This document shows positions 10,302 through 19,680 of a stretch of 64,000 bases of DNA, piece by piece. Each line of letters opens with the position of its first letter. Positions within the stretch are counted from its first letter, which is position 1. The DNA is from a bacterium (GTDB lineage Bacteria > JAAXHH01), in the NCBI GenBank assembly GCA_965202605.1, contig OZ241838.1:528883-592882 (forward strand), written 5' to 3'. The notes under the pieces were generated by a model that worked only from the letters and a program-made list of their open reading frames with translations, did not search any database and had not been told where the DNA came from. Both the position numbers and the translations under genes were made by a program.

Positions 10302-11516
10302 TTATCCCCGGCAGAATCTTGCGAAAACCGCCACGTGGTCGCCGGCGACGTCCTCCTCTTCAGGGAGGCCGGTGATGTTGAGCCGGCAGCGTCCCGGCGT
10401 AAACACCGGATACAGGTGGGCGTCGTAGATCGCCGCCCGGGCCTCGTCACCGACGCGGGGATTGCGGAACAGGCCGGCGTAGCTGTCCGTGAACAGTTCG
10501 GCGAGCGTAGTTCCGGCGGATCTTTCCTTCCACGTGTTCTCCGCCGCGGCAACGCGCCGGAGGATGTCGGCGTGTTCGCGTTCCAGACGCGCGAGATCGT
10601 GGACCAGGGCCGATACAAAGGCCCGCGTAACGGGATGTTCGAAGGACGAGCCCCGGGCACGCGTCACCGTATTGCCCAGCGCCGACAGTTCTTCCGACCG
10701 GGACGTACCGGGCATGTGCACCAGGAGCATCCCGCAGGGGCGGAGCGCGAAGGTACCGAAGGACTTGGTGGGGCTGACGGACACCCAGAAGGGCACGTCG
10801 TTTTCGATGAAGGGCCGGAGCTGGTCGTCGTAACTCATGGCCATGATCTCGTCATACCCGCGTAAATCGAGCGCACGGGCGTACTCGAATCCCGAGTAGG
10901 CCCGGTCCAGCAGCACGGGACGGCCCTTCGCGGCAGCCGCCCGGTTGCGCATGGTCTCCCGGGACTGAACGCGTCCGGTCGTGTTCATGGGACCCGCCTG
11001 GTAGACCCGCAGGAGGTCCGGCGCATCCATGAGGTCGCCTATGGGAAACTCACGGCACGAGATCCTGCTCATCCGGGCGATGGCCTTGTACGCGGGCCAG
11101 GACAGTTCTTCCACGCCGATCGCCCGCAGGCCGGGATACAGCTGCAGGGCCATTTCGACAGCCGTCTTTACCGCCCCGGTGCCGGCGTCCGAGGGAATCA
11201 GCAGCGAGAAGCGGTCCCAGTATTCCTTCGGGATGCGTTGCCAGCGCAGCACGGCCTCCTTCAACGGAGCGGCAAGGGAAGCGGTGCTCATGTATTCGCC
11301 GAGGAGGCTGTTGTCGATTTCGGCCCTGGCATGATCGAGCAGGGTCTCGGAAGTGGGCCATGCCTTGCCCCGCCCGTCCACGACGATACCGATACCGTAG
11401 TTGTACCCTTCGGGATCCTGGTCGCATACGATCTTGGCGATCTGGTTGGCGTCTTTACCCTGGGCGCTCAACGCCTCCGCCGCACGCTGGACGACGGTGC
11501 CGAAAGACGATTTCAT
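10302..11516 (-). CDS. class I aminotransferase, aspartate/aromatic aminotransferase-like (divergent)
   Basis: Counterparts of AspC landmarks are present: YNYGIG near the N-terminus, PMNTTG (NPTG-like), LLDRAYSGF (DxAYQGF-like), SPTKSFG (PLP lysine) and RLNITGL (RINVAG-like). GGAG lies upstream of the ATG at 11516. Confidence 0.75.
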   Translation of the reverse strand: MKSSFGTVVQRAAEALSAQGKDANQIAKIVCDQDPEGYNYGIGIVVDGRGKAWPTSETLLDHARAEIDNSLLGEYMSTASLAAPLKEAVLRWQRIPKEYWDRFSLLIPSDAGTGAVKTAVEMALQLYPGLRAIGVEELSWPAYKAIARMSRISCREFPIGDLMDAPDLLRVYQAGPMNTTGRVQSRETMRNRAAAAKGRPVLLDRAYSGFEYARALDLRGYDEIMAMSYDDQLRPFIENDVPFWVSVSPTKSFGTFALRPCGMLLVHMPGTSRSEELSALGNTVTRARGSSFEHPVTRAFVSALVHDLARLEREHADILRRVAAAENTWKERSAGTTLAELFTDSYAGLFRNPRVGDEARAAIYDAHLYPVFTPGRCRLNITGLPEEEDVAGDHVAVFARFCRG

Positions 11517-11569
11517 GCTCGCTCCGTTTTCGCTGAGAAACGACTATCCGATTGCAGGAAGGAGGGCGC

Positions 11570-12340
11570 TTACAAAAGGTATACGAATACAAACAGCACG
11601 GGCCAAATGAGCACGACGAAGCCCCAGAACATTCCGCCCATGGTCAACCCGTCGTGTTCTTCGCGGGTATACGATCCTCCGCTGAACCTGCGCAACACGT
11701 AGAGCAGCCCCAGGACGGCGATGAAGACGTGCAGGGCGTGCATCCCGATCATTATGTAGAAAGCCGCGCCATAGATGTTCCGGGTGACCGTCAGTCCGAA
11801 ATCGATCAGCCGGACCCATTCCACGCCCTGCACCACAAGGAACAGGATGCCGAGCAGCGTGGCCGCGGTCAGGAGTCGCTTGGCGGACTGCACCCGCCCG
11901 CACCGCAGGGACCGCCATGCGCCGTACATGGCGGCGCCGCTGCCCAGCAGGACCAGGGTGTTGAATAAGGACACCATCACGGGTAGCCGGGGCTGGTCCG
12001 ATGGCGGCCATTCCGGGTATCCCGCCCGCACCACGGCGAACGTGACGATCAGCGTGAGGAAAAGGACGGCTTCGCTGGCGATGAACATCAGCATGCCCAG
12101 CACGCTGGCGCCAGAGGCCGATGGTTCAGCAGATTGGAAGCCAGGTGGTTCGGACGGTCCGTCCCCGCCTCCTCGCCGGCCGTCCCCGCCGTCATTTCCA
12201 CCGCCCCGGTCATCCAAACCGGTATTCCCGCCGCTGAAGCCGGGGAGCCGGGGCCACGCCCGTTCCCGCACTTCAGGCTCGAGCACGTCAGTCCCGGCGC
12301 CCGGTCCCGTTACGACAGACATTCTTACAACTCCCGTCAA
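11570..12340 (-). CDS. heme-copper oxidase subunit III family protein (CoxIII/CtaE-like)
   Basis: Hydrophobic helices with CoxIII-like segments (LMFIASEAVLF, FNTLVLLGSG, GAAFYIMIGMHALHV, WGFVVLIWPVLF). A Gly/Asp/Arg-rich N-terminal stretch makes the true start uncertain. No subunit I or II gene is nearby. Confidence 0.7.
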   Translation of the reverse strand: MTGVVRMSVVTGPGAGTDVLEPEVRERAWPRLPGFSGGNTGLDDRGGGNDGGDGRRGGGDGPSEPPGFQSAEPSASGASVLGMLMFIASEAVLFLTLIVTFAVVRAGYPEWPPSDQPRLPVMVSLFNTLVLLGSGAAMYGAWRSLRCGRVQSAKRLLTAATLLGILFLVVQGVEWVRLIDFGLTVTRNIYGAAFYIMIGMHALHVFIAVLGLLYVLRRFSGGSYTREEHDGLTMGGMFWGFVVLIWPVLFVFVYLL

Positions 12341-12353
12341 CCCCAGGCTCTGT

Positions 12354-13196
12354 TCATCCCAATCGGTAAAAAGCGCTGGCGTTGTCGTGAAACAGCTTGC
12401 GGCGCTCGTCGTCGGATATGTCCTTCACCGCATCGGTGAGGGCGTCGAACCATGCCCTGTACGTGGCCGCGAGCGTGCAAACCGGCCAGTCGCTGCCGTA
12501 CATGACCCGGTCGAAACCGAATACGTCGAGCAGGTGATCGATGTAGGGCCTCAGGTCGTCCCCGGTCCAGTCTGCCTTCGCCCGGGTGACCAGCCCTGAT
12601 ATCTTGCAGACCGTATTGGGAAATCCGGCCAATTGATTCATGTAGTCCGCCCACGGCGCGAATCCATCGCCCGCGACGTCGGGTCCGCCGCAGTGGTTGA
12701 TGGCATGGGTGACATCGGGCGTCGCGCGCACCAGGGTCACCGCGGCGTCGAGCTGCGTGACGTTGGCACAGAGTTCGAAGGTGTATCCGTACCGGGGCAG
12801 GGCTCTGACGCCTTCGATCAGGGACGGCCAGCTGTAAAACCCAGGATCTTCGTGGTGCCAGGCCATGCGCCGGATGCCGACCACCGTGGGATAGTCCGCG
12901 GCCAGCCTGTCCAGCGTTGCTTCACGGTCTTCCGATTCCAGCGGCGCCGTGGCGACGATCGCGCCGATCATGCCGTCCTCGGCGGCGATGCGCACGAGCC
13001 GGTCCACCTCGGCCACCTCCGCGCCCGGCGCGGGATCCGCCTCGATATGGACGGACTTTACGATGTCGATGCCGTCTATGGCCGCCCGGTAGTCTTCCGG
13101 TCCATAACGCTGACGCAGGGCGTCGAACCCCTCGAGCCAGGGATAACTCAGTTCAGCCGTATCCCAGAGATGCTGATGCGCATCGATGATCCGCAA
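12354..13196 (-). CDS. amidohydrolase-2 family metal-dependent hydrolase (lactonase/decarboxylase-type TIM barrel)
   Basis: N-terminal IIDAHQHLWD metal-binding motif. TTG start at 13196 with GGGAGG 5 nt upstream. Confidence 0.85.
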   Translation of the reverse strand: MRIIDAHQHLWDTAELSYPWLEGFDALRQRYGPEDYRAAIDGIDIVKSVHIEADPAPGAEVAEVDRLVRIAAEDGMIGAIVATAPLESEDREATLDRLAADYPTVVGIRRMAWHHEDPGFYSWPSLIEGVRALPRYGYTFELCANVTQLDAAVTLVRATPDVTHAINHCGGPDVAGDGFAPWADYMNQLAGFPNTVCKISGLVTRAKADWTGDDLRPYIDHLLDVFGFDRVMYGSDWPVCTLAATYRAWFDALTDAVKDISDDERRKLFHDNASAFYRLG

Positions 13197-13208
13197 GGTA
13201 ACCTCCCG

Positions 13209-14105
13209 TTATTTCTCGGTACCGGAACTGTTATAGATCGTCTCGATCCAGCGCGCCTCCGATACGAAGTCGCCCGCGTATCCGGCCCAGTCATCTCCCA
13301 GACCAGCCGCCTTGATCTCGTCGAGCGATTTTCCATCCGCCATCATCGCGCGGATCGTATCCGTGGTCGCCACGAGCATATCGTGGTAGGACTGCAGGGC
13401 CGCCCGGTCTCCCAGCGCGCCGTGTCCCGGGATGACGCGGGTATCCGGTCCGATCACCGACAGCACGTGGGCGATGCTACGGATCAGTCCGTCTACCGTA
13501 CCGCCGCTGCGCAGGTCCACAAAGGGGAAGCGTCCGTTGAAGAAGGTGTCTCCCATGTGCACCACGTCCGATCCGGTGAAGTGGACGTAGCTGTCGTTAT
13601 CCGTGTGCGCTTCGGGTAGATGCACCAGCCTGATCTCTTCCCCGTTGAAATGTACCGACACCTCCTCGTCGAAGGTGATCACCGGCCAGCCGTCTTCCAC
13701 CATGGCGGGGATGGTCCGGTCGCCCCGTTGTTCAGGCGTGGATAGCCGTTTCAGGACGTTGGTATGCGCGATAATGGTCGCCTCCAGGCCGAAGATCGGA
13801 TTGCCGCCCACGTGGTCGCCGTGGAAATGGGTGTTCAGGACGAACTTGAGAGATCCCGCGTGCAGGCCGCGAAGGGCCGACTTGATCTTGTCGGCCAGCG
13901 GAGCGTACTGGTCGTCGACGATCAGGATGCCGTCATCCCCGACCGAGACACCGATGTTCCCGCCACTGCCCGTCAGCATGTGGATGTTGCCCGCTACGGG
14001 ATGGGCTTCCACGATCACCTCGTCCCAGTTCTGTTGCCCGTCGGCATTGCGGCAAAACACGGCCAGGACAAGCGTCAACGTCAGATACCCGAGCGCCCTT
14101 TTCAT
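13209..14105 (-). CDS. secreted metallo-beta-lactamase fold hydrolase
   Basis: HxHxDH motif (NTHFHGDHVGGN). N-terminal signal peptide MKRALGYLTLTLVLAVF. ATG at 14105 preceded by AGGGGA. Confidence 0.85.
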   Translation of the reverse strand: MKRALGYLTLTLVLAVFCRNADGQQNWDEVIVEAHPVAGNIHMLTGSGGNIGVSVGDDGILIVDDQYAPLADKIKSALRGLHAGSLKFVLNTHFHGDHVGGNPIFGLEATIIAHTNVLKRLSTPEQRGDRTIPAMVEDGWPVITFDEEVSVHFNGEEIRLVHLPEAHTDNDSYVHFTGSDVVHMGDTFFNGRFPFVDLRSGGTVDGLIRSIAHVLSVIGPDTRVIPGHGALGDRAALQSYHDMLVATTDTIRAMMADGKSLDEIKAAGLGDDWAGYAGDFVSEARWIETIYNSSGTEK

Positions 14106-14241
14106 TTCATTTCCCCTGTTGAACTGTCTCGAATTCGTGTGACGCGGTCCATATCCCATGGGCACGTACTCATGATGATGATCCGCCCACATTACGATAC
14201 GGTCCGGCGGCGGCACTGTCACGGGAATTATGTTAAAAGGA

Positions 14242-14547
14242 TCAACCTGGTCCGCGGGAGAAAACCTCGGCGGTCTTGCATGTTACGAACAGCGCGCCCA
14301 ACATGAGGACCAGGAACAGATACATGGGCCAGGACGGGACGAACCACCACGCCAGCGCGAAGAAGACCGCTCCGATGAACGTGCCGGGCAGCACCATCTT
14401 GTTATAGGCGACCTTGAGCAGGACGAGGACGCACAGCCCGAAGAACCCCTTCAGGACCTGACCCGTCAGGGTGCCCGGCAATTCAAAGAGAGGGATGATA
14501 CATACACAGACGAACGCCAGCAGTACAACGGGAAGCACACGGTTCAT
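14242..14547 (-). CDS. small integral membrane protein, function unknown
   Basis: 101-aa ORF starting at the ATG at 14547, with three to four hydrophobic helices. No recognisable motif. Confidence 0.5.
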   Translation of the reverse strand: MNRVLPVVLLAFVCVCIIPLFELPGTLTGQVLKGFFGLCVLVLLKVAYNKMVLPGTFIGAVFFALAWWFVPSWPMYLFLVLMLGALFVTCKTAEVFSRGPG

Positions 14548-14716
14548 TGGAAGATATTGATGCCATTGCGGAGTTTCGCCACGAAGCCTACCGTACCGCC
14601 CCGAGGCAACATCGGTCGCGCCCCGAGGCAACATGGATTCAACGATCCCACCCTACAGGAAGTCCCGGTACTTGTCAAATGGTCTGCCGCCTCCCGGCGC
14701 TATCCTGTGGACCGGA

Positions 14717-15895
14717 CTAAGGGGCCGATGTCTCTCCATTCCAGTTGGCCGGGAAGGCCTGGTATTCCGTGTACTGATCGGACTGTACGCCGACCCTGTC
14801 TGTATCCGTATCGTTCAATCCGTCGAGCGTAACGGTGGCATCTATGCTGGCCAGATAGTCCAGCAGATCCCACGCAGCCGCGATGTTTACGCCGAAGTTA
14901 TCGAGCGTGTCCACAGACGCCAGGAACTCTTCTTCCTCTTCTTCCTCTTCCTCCTCTTCTTCACCCTCTCCCTCGCCGTCTCCTTCACCCTCGCCTTCTT
15001 CCTCCTCATCCTCCTCGTTGGGCGGCAAGGGAATGCGCTGATTGATCCCCGCGTGATTTACCGCAATGATGAATCCCTGGTGATCGAAGACCGGACTCCC
15101 GCTCGTACCGCCACGGGTCGCAAGGTTGTAGTGGACCAACTGGCCGGTGTTCAGGGGGAATGCTTTAAAGGACTCGTTATAAAACGGCCTGAGTGCGCTG
15201 ATCGTCCCTTCCTTGAAGCTGGCCAAGGGAAGGATGGCGTCGAAAATCGCGGGAAAACCCGGAAAACCCAACGTGCCCACCGGCTGCCCGATACGCAGTT
15301 CGTCGGTGTATTCTCTGGGCAGGAAAGACGGCGTGGCATGAGTAATCGTTCCGTTGATCTCGATCAGCGCGATGTCCGCGGACATCGCCGTATCATCATA
15401 TTCCGGATGGATGATGTACGGCTTCCACAGATAAGTTCCATCGCCGCCAAGCCGTGTACCGGTACGAGCGACGACCAGGATCGGATTCAACGCCGCGACT
15501 TCAGGTTCGGTCGCGAACTCCAGGGCTTTCTTCACGACGTGGGCGTTTGTCCATAGCTTGTCCGAGAAGTAAGCGCTGAACGCAGTCCCGATGTGTCGGA
15601 AACCCTTTTCCGTAAACACGCCGACGATGTAGATGGAATCGTACAGGTTTCCTTGCTCAATGACATCGGCCCAGTTGAGCGTCTCGCCGGGGTCGCCCTT
15701 ATCGCCCTTCTCACCCTTGGCTCCCTGTACGCCTTGTACGCCCTGTACGCCCTGTACGCCCTGTACGCCCTGCGCGCCCTGGACACCCTGGTCACCCCGG
15801 GGACCCAGCGGGCCCTGATCGCCCTTGCAGGCAGCCAGGATCAGGGCAGACGCCAGTACCGTTGAGATCATAGTTGAAACACGCAAGAGACTCAT
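14717..15895 (-). CDS. lipoprotein with collagen-like GXY stalk fused to a trypsin-like serine protease domain with a poly-Glu insertion
   Basis: Signal peptide plus lipobox (ALILAAC), followed by 16 uninterrupted GXY triplets ([21 protein letters not shown]...GDKGDPGET). The S1-type triad context is present: TNAHVV (His), DIALIEI (Asp), GGTSGSPVF (Ser). A ~30-residue E/G/D-rich run is inserted after NHAG. The start at 15895 versus other in-frame Met codons is uncertain. Confidence 0.8.
   Translation of the reverse strand: MSLLRVSTMISTVLASALILAACKGDQGPLGPRGDQGVQGAQGVQGVQGVQGVQGVQGAKGEKGDKGDPGETLNWADVIEQGNLYDSIYIVGVFTEKGFRHIGTAFSAYFSDKLWTNAHVVKKALEFATEPEVAALNPILVVARTGTRLGGDGTYLWKPYIIHPEYDDTAMSADIALIEINGTITHATPSFLPREYTDELRIGQPVGTLGFPGFPAIFDAILPLASFKEGTISALRPFYNESFKAFPLNTGQLVHYNLATRGGTSGSPVFDHQGFIIAVNHAGINQRIPLPPNEEDEEEEGEGEGDGEGEGEEEEEEEEEEEEFLASVDTLDNFGVNIAAAWDLLDYLASIDATVTLDGLNDTDTDRVGVQSDQYTEYQAFPANWNGETSAP
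15725..15778. repeat. 9-bp tandem repeat (CTGTACGCC-like, about 6 units) inside the collagen-like coding region
   Basis: Read directly from the sequence as cTGTACGCC repeated. On the minus strand it encodes the GVQ triplets. Confidence 0.9.
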
Positions 15896-16147
15896 CCTTT
15901 CACAGTGGTGTTTACAAAACATAGCGAAACGTAAACTGTTCATTTGTTAAACTGTACGGAGCAATCTACATCGGCGTCACTTTATTGCAAGAATATAACC
16001 TGAGCGCCGCGCATAATCTGTTAGACAGGCGCTACGCCCTGATGGTAGATTGTACAGCGCCTACGGTTCAGTTACGCGTGAGCAATCTGGCCGTCGTGTG
16101 CCGGACGTGACCATGCGATACGGACGTTTAAAACAGAGAGGAACCCG

Positions 16148-17254
16148 ATGCCTCCCCAGGATTACCCCACCTACGGCAGTGTAGGCGTTCGGCCCCTGAT
16201 CAACTGCAAGGGCACGCTGACCATGTACAGCGGATCGGTCATGTTGCCGGAAGTCAGGCGGGCCATGTCCGAAGCATCCAGGAAGTACGTGCATATCGAG
16301 GAACTGATGGAAGGCGTCGGCCGGCGATTGGGCGAAGTCATGAAAGCGGAATTCGGACTCGTGACCAGCGGGTGCGCCGCCGCGCTCTGCCAGGTTACCG
16401 CCGCGTGCGTTGCCGGAACGGACCCGGACAAGATCGCCCGGCTGCCGGACACGTCGGGGATGAAGAACGAAGTCGTTACGCTCAGGACGCACCGCCACAG
16501 CTACGACCACGCCATCCGCATGGTGGGGATCTCGCTCGTGGAGGTCGACGACGAGCCCGGACCGCTGCGGGCCGCCTTCAACGAGCGTACGGCCATGGTC
16601 GCGGTATTCGGCGACCGGGCGGGCGACGGCGCGTTGTCCGTGGCCGAGATTGTCCAAATCGCCCACGACCACGGCGTTCCCGTCTTCGTGGACGCGGCCG
16701 CCGAACGGCCGGATGTGCCGAATCCGTACCTGGCGGACGGCGTGGACGCCGTGGCGTACAGCGGCGGAAAGTGCCTCCGTGGGCCGCAGGCCTCCGGGCT
16801 GGTTCTGGGGCGGCGCGAACTGCTGTGGGCCGCCTTCGCGAACGGTGCGCCGCACCACGCCATCGCGCGCCCCATGAAGGCCGGCAAGGAGGAGATCATG
16901 GGGCTGCTCGCGGCCGTGGAACAGTGGGTGGCGAGAGATCACGAAGCCGAGTGGAAGGCATGGGAAGGGTATCTGCAGACCGTGATCGACGCGGTTGCCC
17001 ATCTTCCGTCCTTACGGACTGCGATCCGGCAGCCGGGAAGGTCCAACGTGGCGCCGGTCCTGCACATCGACTGGGAGACCCGGGCGATCGACATCGATCC
17101 GGACGATGTTGTTTCGAAGCTGTCCGAAGGCGAGCCCCGGATCGAAATGGGCGGGGGCGGCGGCCTGTCCATCATGCCCTATATGATGGAGCCCGGCGAG
17201 GACGCCCTGGTGGCCGCCCGGCTCAGGGAAATCCTGGAACCGCGGGTACGGTGA
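16148..17254 (+). CDS. SelA/DgaE-like PLP-dependent enzyme
   Basis: Fold-type I PLP enzyme. The motif SGGKCLRGPQASG matches the SelA / D-glucosaminate-6-phosphate ammonia-lyase family lysine region. RBS AGAGAGGAA upstream of the ATG. Confidence 0.7.
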   Translation: MPPQDYPTYGSVGVRPLINCKGTLTMYSGSVMLPEVRRAMSEASRKYVHIEELMEGVGRRLGEVMKAEFGLVTSGCAAALCQVTAACVAGTDPDKIARLPDTSGMKNEVVTLRTHRHSYDHAIRMVGISLVEVDDEPGPLRAAFNERTAMVAVFGDRAGDGALSVAEIVQIAHDHGVPVFVDAAAERPDVPNPYLADGVDAVAYSGGKCLRGPQASGLVLGRRELLWAAFANGAPHHAIARPMKAGKEEIMGLLAAVEQWVARDHEAEWKAWEGYLQTVIDAVAHLPSLRTAIRQPGRSNVAPVLHIDWETRAIDIDPDDVVSKLSEGEPRIEMGGGGGLSIMPYMMEPGEDALVAARLREILEPRVR

Positions 17255-17334
17255 AACCGGGGAGGACACCATGAAAGAGAAGATCGAAAGCGTCGCGCGG
17301 AAGTTGAGCGACGAATCATTTTCCCGATGAAGCC

Positions 17335-18498
17335 ATGAAAATCACGGACGTCCGCACGTTTCTCATGAACGCCTCGCCGCCGGGGCAGACCACCTGGCGC
17401 CAATGGCTCTTCGTGAAAGTACATACCGACGAAGGGATATACGGTGTGGGCGAGTGCTGGGGCTGGCCGCGCGTGGTCGAAACGGCCATACACGATCTCG
17501 AACCCCTTGTTATCGGCGAAGATCCGTTCCACGTCGAACGCCTGTGGCAGAAGATGTTCGCGGCGGTCATGGGCCACGGCATGACGGGGGTGGTCGGAAG
17601 CGGGGCCATGACCGGCATCGAGATGGCCCTGTGGGACATCAAGGGAAAGGCCCTGGACACGCCCGTCTGGAACCTGCTGGGCGGAAAGATGCGGGACCGC
17701 GTCCGGCTCTACGGCCATGCCTTCGACATGGAACGGGCCCACGAACTGGTCGAGCGCGGTTTTACCGGACTCAAGTTGTTCGGGTGGAAGGACTGCGTCT
17801 CCCGCGTCGAGGCGCTGCGGAACGCGTTCGGACCCGACGTCGACCTGATGGTGGACGCGGGTGGCGGTCCGTGGCAGACCCCCCGGGACGCCATCGCGCT
17901 CGGCAGGCGCCTGGAGCCCTATGCCCTGCTGTTCTACGAAGACCCGGTGCCGTCGCTGGATATCGAGGCCGCGGCGAGGGTTTCGGAGGCCGTGAACATC
18001 CCGATCGCCATGGGTGAGAGCCATCCCGGCGTCTACGCCCTGGCTCCCCTGATCGAACGGGAAATCATCGACGTGGCCCAGCCCGACACGGGACGCTTCG
18101 GCGGCCTTTCGCAAATGAAGAAGCTTGCGGCCATCGCCGAGAGCCACTCCGTCATGATGGCGCCCCACGACGGCTCCCTCGGGCCTGTGGCGGAGATGGC
18201 GGCCGTGCACCTGATCGCTACCATTCCGAATTTCCTGGTCCAGGAGCATCTGGCCTGCGACGTTCCCCAGCGGTACGAGGTCATGAGCGGTCAGCCTCGC
18301 ATCGAAGACGGCCATATCATCGTCCCGGATTCGCCGGGCCTGGGGGTAGACATCGACGAGGACGTGATCGCACGCCATCCGCCCGAAGGGCACGGCATGC
18401 CGGTGGACGAGGACGCCTCCGGATACGACTTTCAGTACGTCGCCGCCCACGGGAAGCGGGCGCGTTGGCTGGAAGGCGCCGGGAAGGAATGGAGCTAG
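17335..18498 (+). CDS. enolase-superfamily enzyme (mandelate racemase/muconate lactonizing family, acid-sugar dehydratase-like)
   Basis: N-terminal MKITDVRTF...VKVHTDEGIYGVGE capping domain, followed by a barrel domain with acidic metal-ligand positions (DAGG, YEDP, MGES). Confidence 0.9.
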   Translation: MKITDVRTFLMNASPPGQTTWRQWLFVKVHTDEGIYGVGECWGWPRVVETAIHDLEPLVIGEDPFHVERLWQKMFAAVMGHGMTGVVGSGAMTGIEMALWDIKGKALDTPVWNLLGGKMRDRVRLYGHAFDMERAHELVERGFTGLKLFGWKDCVSRVEALRNAFGPDVDLMVDAGGGPWQTPRDAIALGRRLEPYALLFYEDPVPSLDIEAAARVSEAVNIPIAMGESHPGVYALAPLIEREIIDVAQPDTGRFGGLSQMKKLAAIAESHSVMMAPHDGSLGPVAEMAAVHLIATIPNFLVQEHLACDVPQRYEVMSGQPRIEDGHIIVPDSPGLGVDIDEDVIARHPPEGHGMPVDEDASGYDFQYVAAHGKRARWLEGAGKEWS

Positions 18499-19460
18499 TT
18501 CCCGACGGGTTCACTGATGTGTCCGAACAGCCGCCTGATACGATTCACGTGCATTTCGGGGAGAGGCCCCTTGGCGATGCCGTGGATGTTCTGCTCGATC
18601 TTGTTCAGCGTAACCGCGCTGCACACGGCGGTGGTGACGCCCTCGGTGTAAACGACGAACCGGTAGGCCGCTTCGACCAGCGTTTCGATTTCGGGGTCCT
18701 CGAGCAGGAAGTCGTAAGGCGCGTTGGGATCGATGGATTCGTCCAGCAGCTCCCGGCGCTGCAGGTCTTCTATCGTCTCCCTGAGACGCATCGGATCCTT
18801 GAAGATGTTCCGGACCGAGAAGATGTTCATGACCCCCACGTCGTGTTCCCTGCAGTAGGGGAAGACCGTGTGACGCGCGGATTGGTTGAGCATGCTGTAG
18901 GCGATCATGATGACGTCCAGCTTCCCGGTCGGCACCGACGCTCGCAGCCATTCATGGGCGCCGTCGGTCAACGCGGTTTCGCTGGATCCGAGGAATCGGA
19001 TCTTACCCTGTTCGCAAAGGCGTTCGAGCACGGGAAACTGCTCGTTGATCATGTAGTCGAAATCGGCCTTCTCCGTCGCGGCGATCAACGCCACGTCGAT
19101 GGCGTCGATCCCGAGGCGGCGCAGGCTGGTCTCGATAGATTCCGTGATGTGCTCGCGCGTCATCAGGATCGGACCGCGTTCCTCGTCGAATTGCGAGAGA
19201 ACGACCCTGGTGGCAATGTGGAATCGGTCACGGGGGATACCTTTAAAGGCCCGTCCGAGAATCGCCTCGGCTTCAAGGTAGCCCGGAGAAGTATCGAAGA
19301 GATTTATGCCCAGATCCAGGACCCCATGGACGAGCCGGCGCATGTCAGTTTCAGTGAGCGGGGGATCACTGGACTGTCCCAGCCGATTATAGCCGCCGGA
19401 TCCCATGCTCAGCGTCGAAACGTTCAGTCCGGTGCGGCCAAGGGGACGGTATGAAACCAT
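18495..19460 (-). CDS. aldo/keto reductase
   Basis: Typical AKR N-terminus YRPLGRTGLNVSTLSMGS and an (alpha/beta)8 layout. Its stop codon overlaps the stop of the convergent upstream gene within the tetranucleotide CTAG. Confidence 0.9.
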   Translation of the reverse strand: MVSYRPLGRTGLNVSTLSMGSGGYNRLGQSSDPPLTETDMRRLVHGVLDLGINLFDTSPGYLEAEAILGRAFKGIPRDRFHIATRVVLSQFDEERGPILMTREHITESIETSLRRLGIDAIDVALIAATEKADFDYMINEQFPVLERLCEQGKIRFLGSSETALTDGAHEWLRASVPTGKLDVIMIAYSMLNQSARHTVFPYCREHDVGVMNIFSVRNIFKDPMRLRETIEDLQRRELLDESIDPNAPYDFLLEDPEIETLVEAAYRFVVYTEGVTTAVCSAVTLNKIEQNIHGIAKGPLPEMHVNRIRRLFGHISEPVGN

Positions 19461-19558
19461 AACAGCTCCTGCAGGCGTCGGGCGTGACGAGAATCGCCTT
19501 TACAAAATGGTGCGCTTTGAATATCGATCTTGCAGCAGACTCGAACTTCATGAACCAT

Positions 19559-19680
19559 GTTCATTGACCCGCATCATGCGTTCATTGACTCATTTAAGCG
19601 TTCATTGACTCACTTAAGCGTTCATTGACCCGCATCATGCGTTCATTGACTCACTTAAGCGTTCATTGACTCACATTAAA
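19559..19680. repeat. six tandem 20/21-bp direct repeats, organised as 2 x 61 bp (units A-B-B, A-B-B')
   Basis: Units begin at 19559, 19580, 19600, 19620, 19641 and 19661, and all start with GTTCATTGAC. Variant A is GTTCATTGACCCGCATCATGC. Variant B is GTTCATTGACTCAYTTAAGC. The array ends 14 nt before the ATG of the PhyH gene. Confidence 0.95.

Noticed and set aside
19559-19680. Could the 20/21-bp repeat array be a CRISPR array?
   Set aside because: The units are directly abutting with no unique spacers, are shorter than CRISPR repeats, and no cas genes are present.
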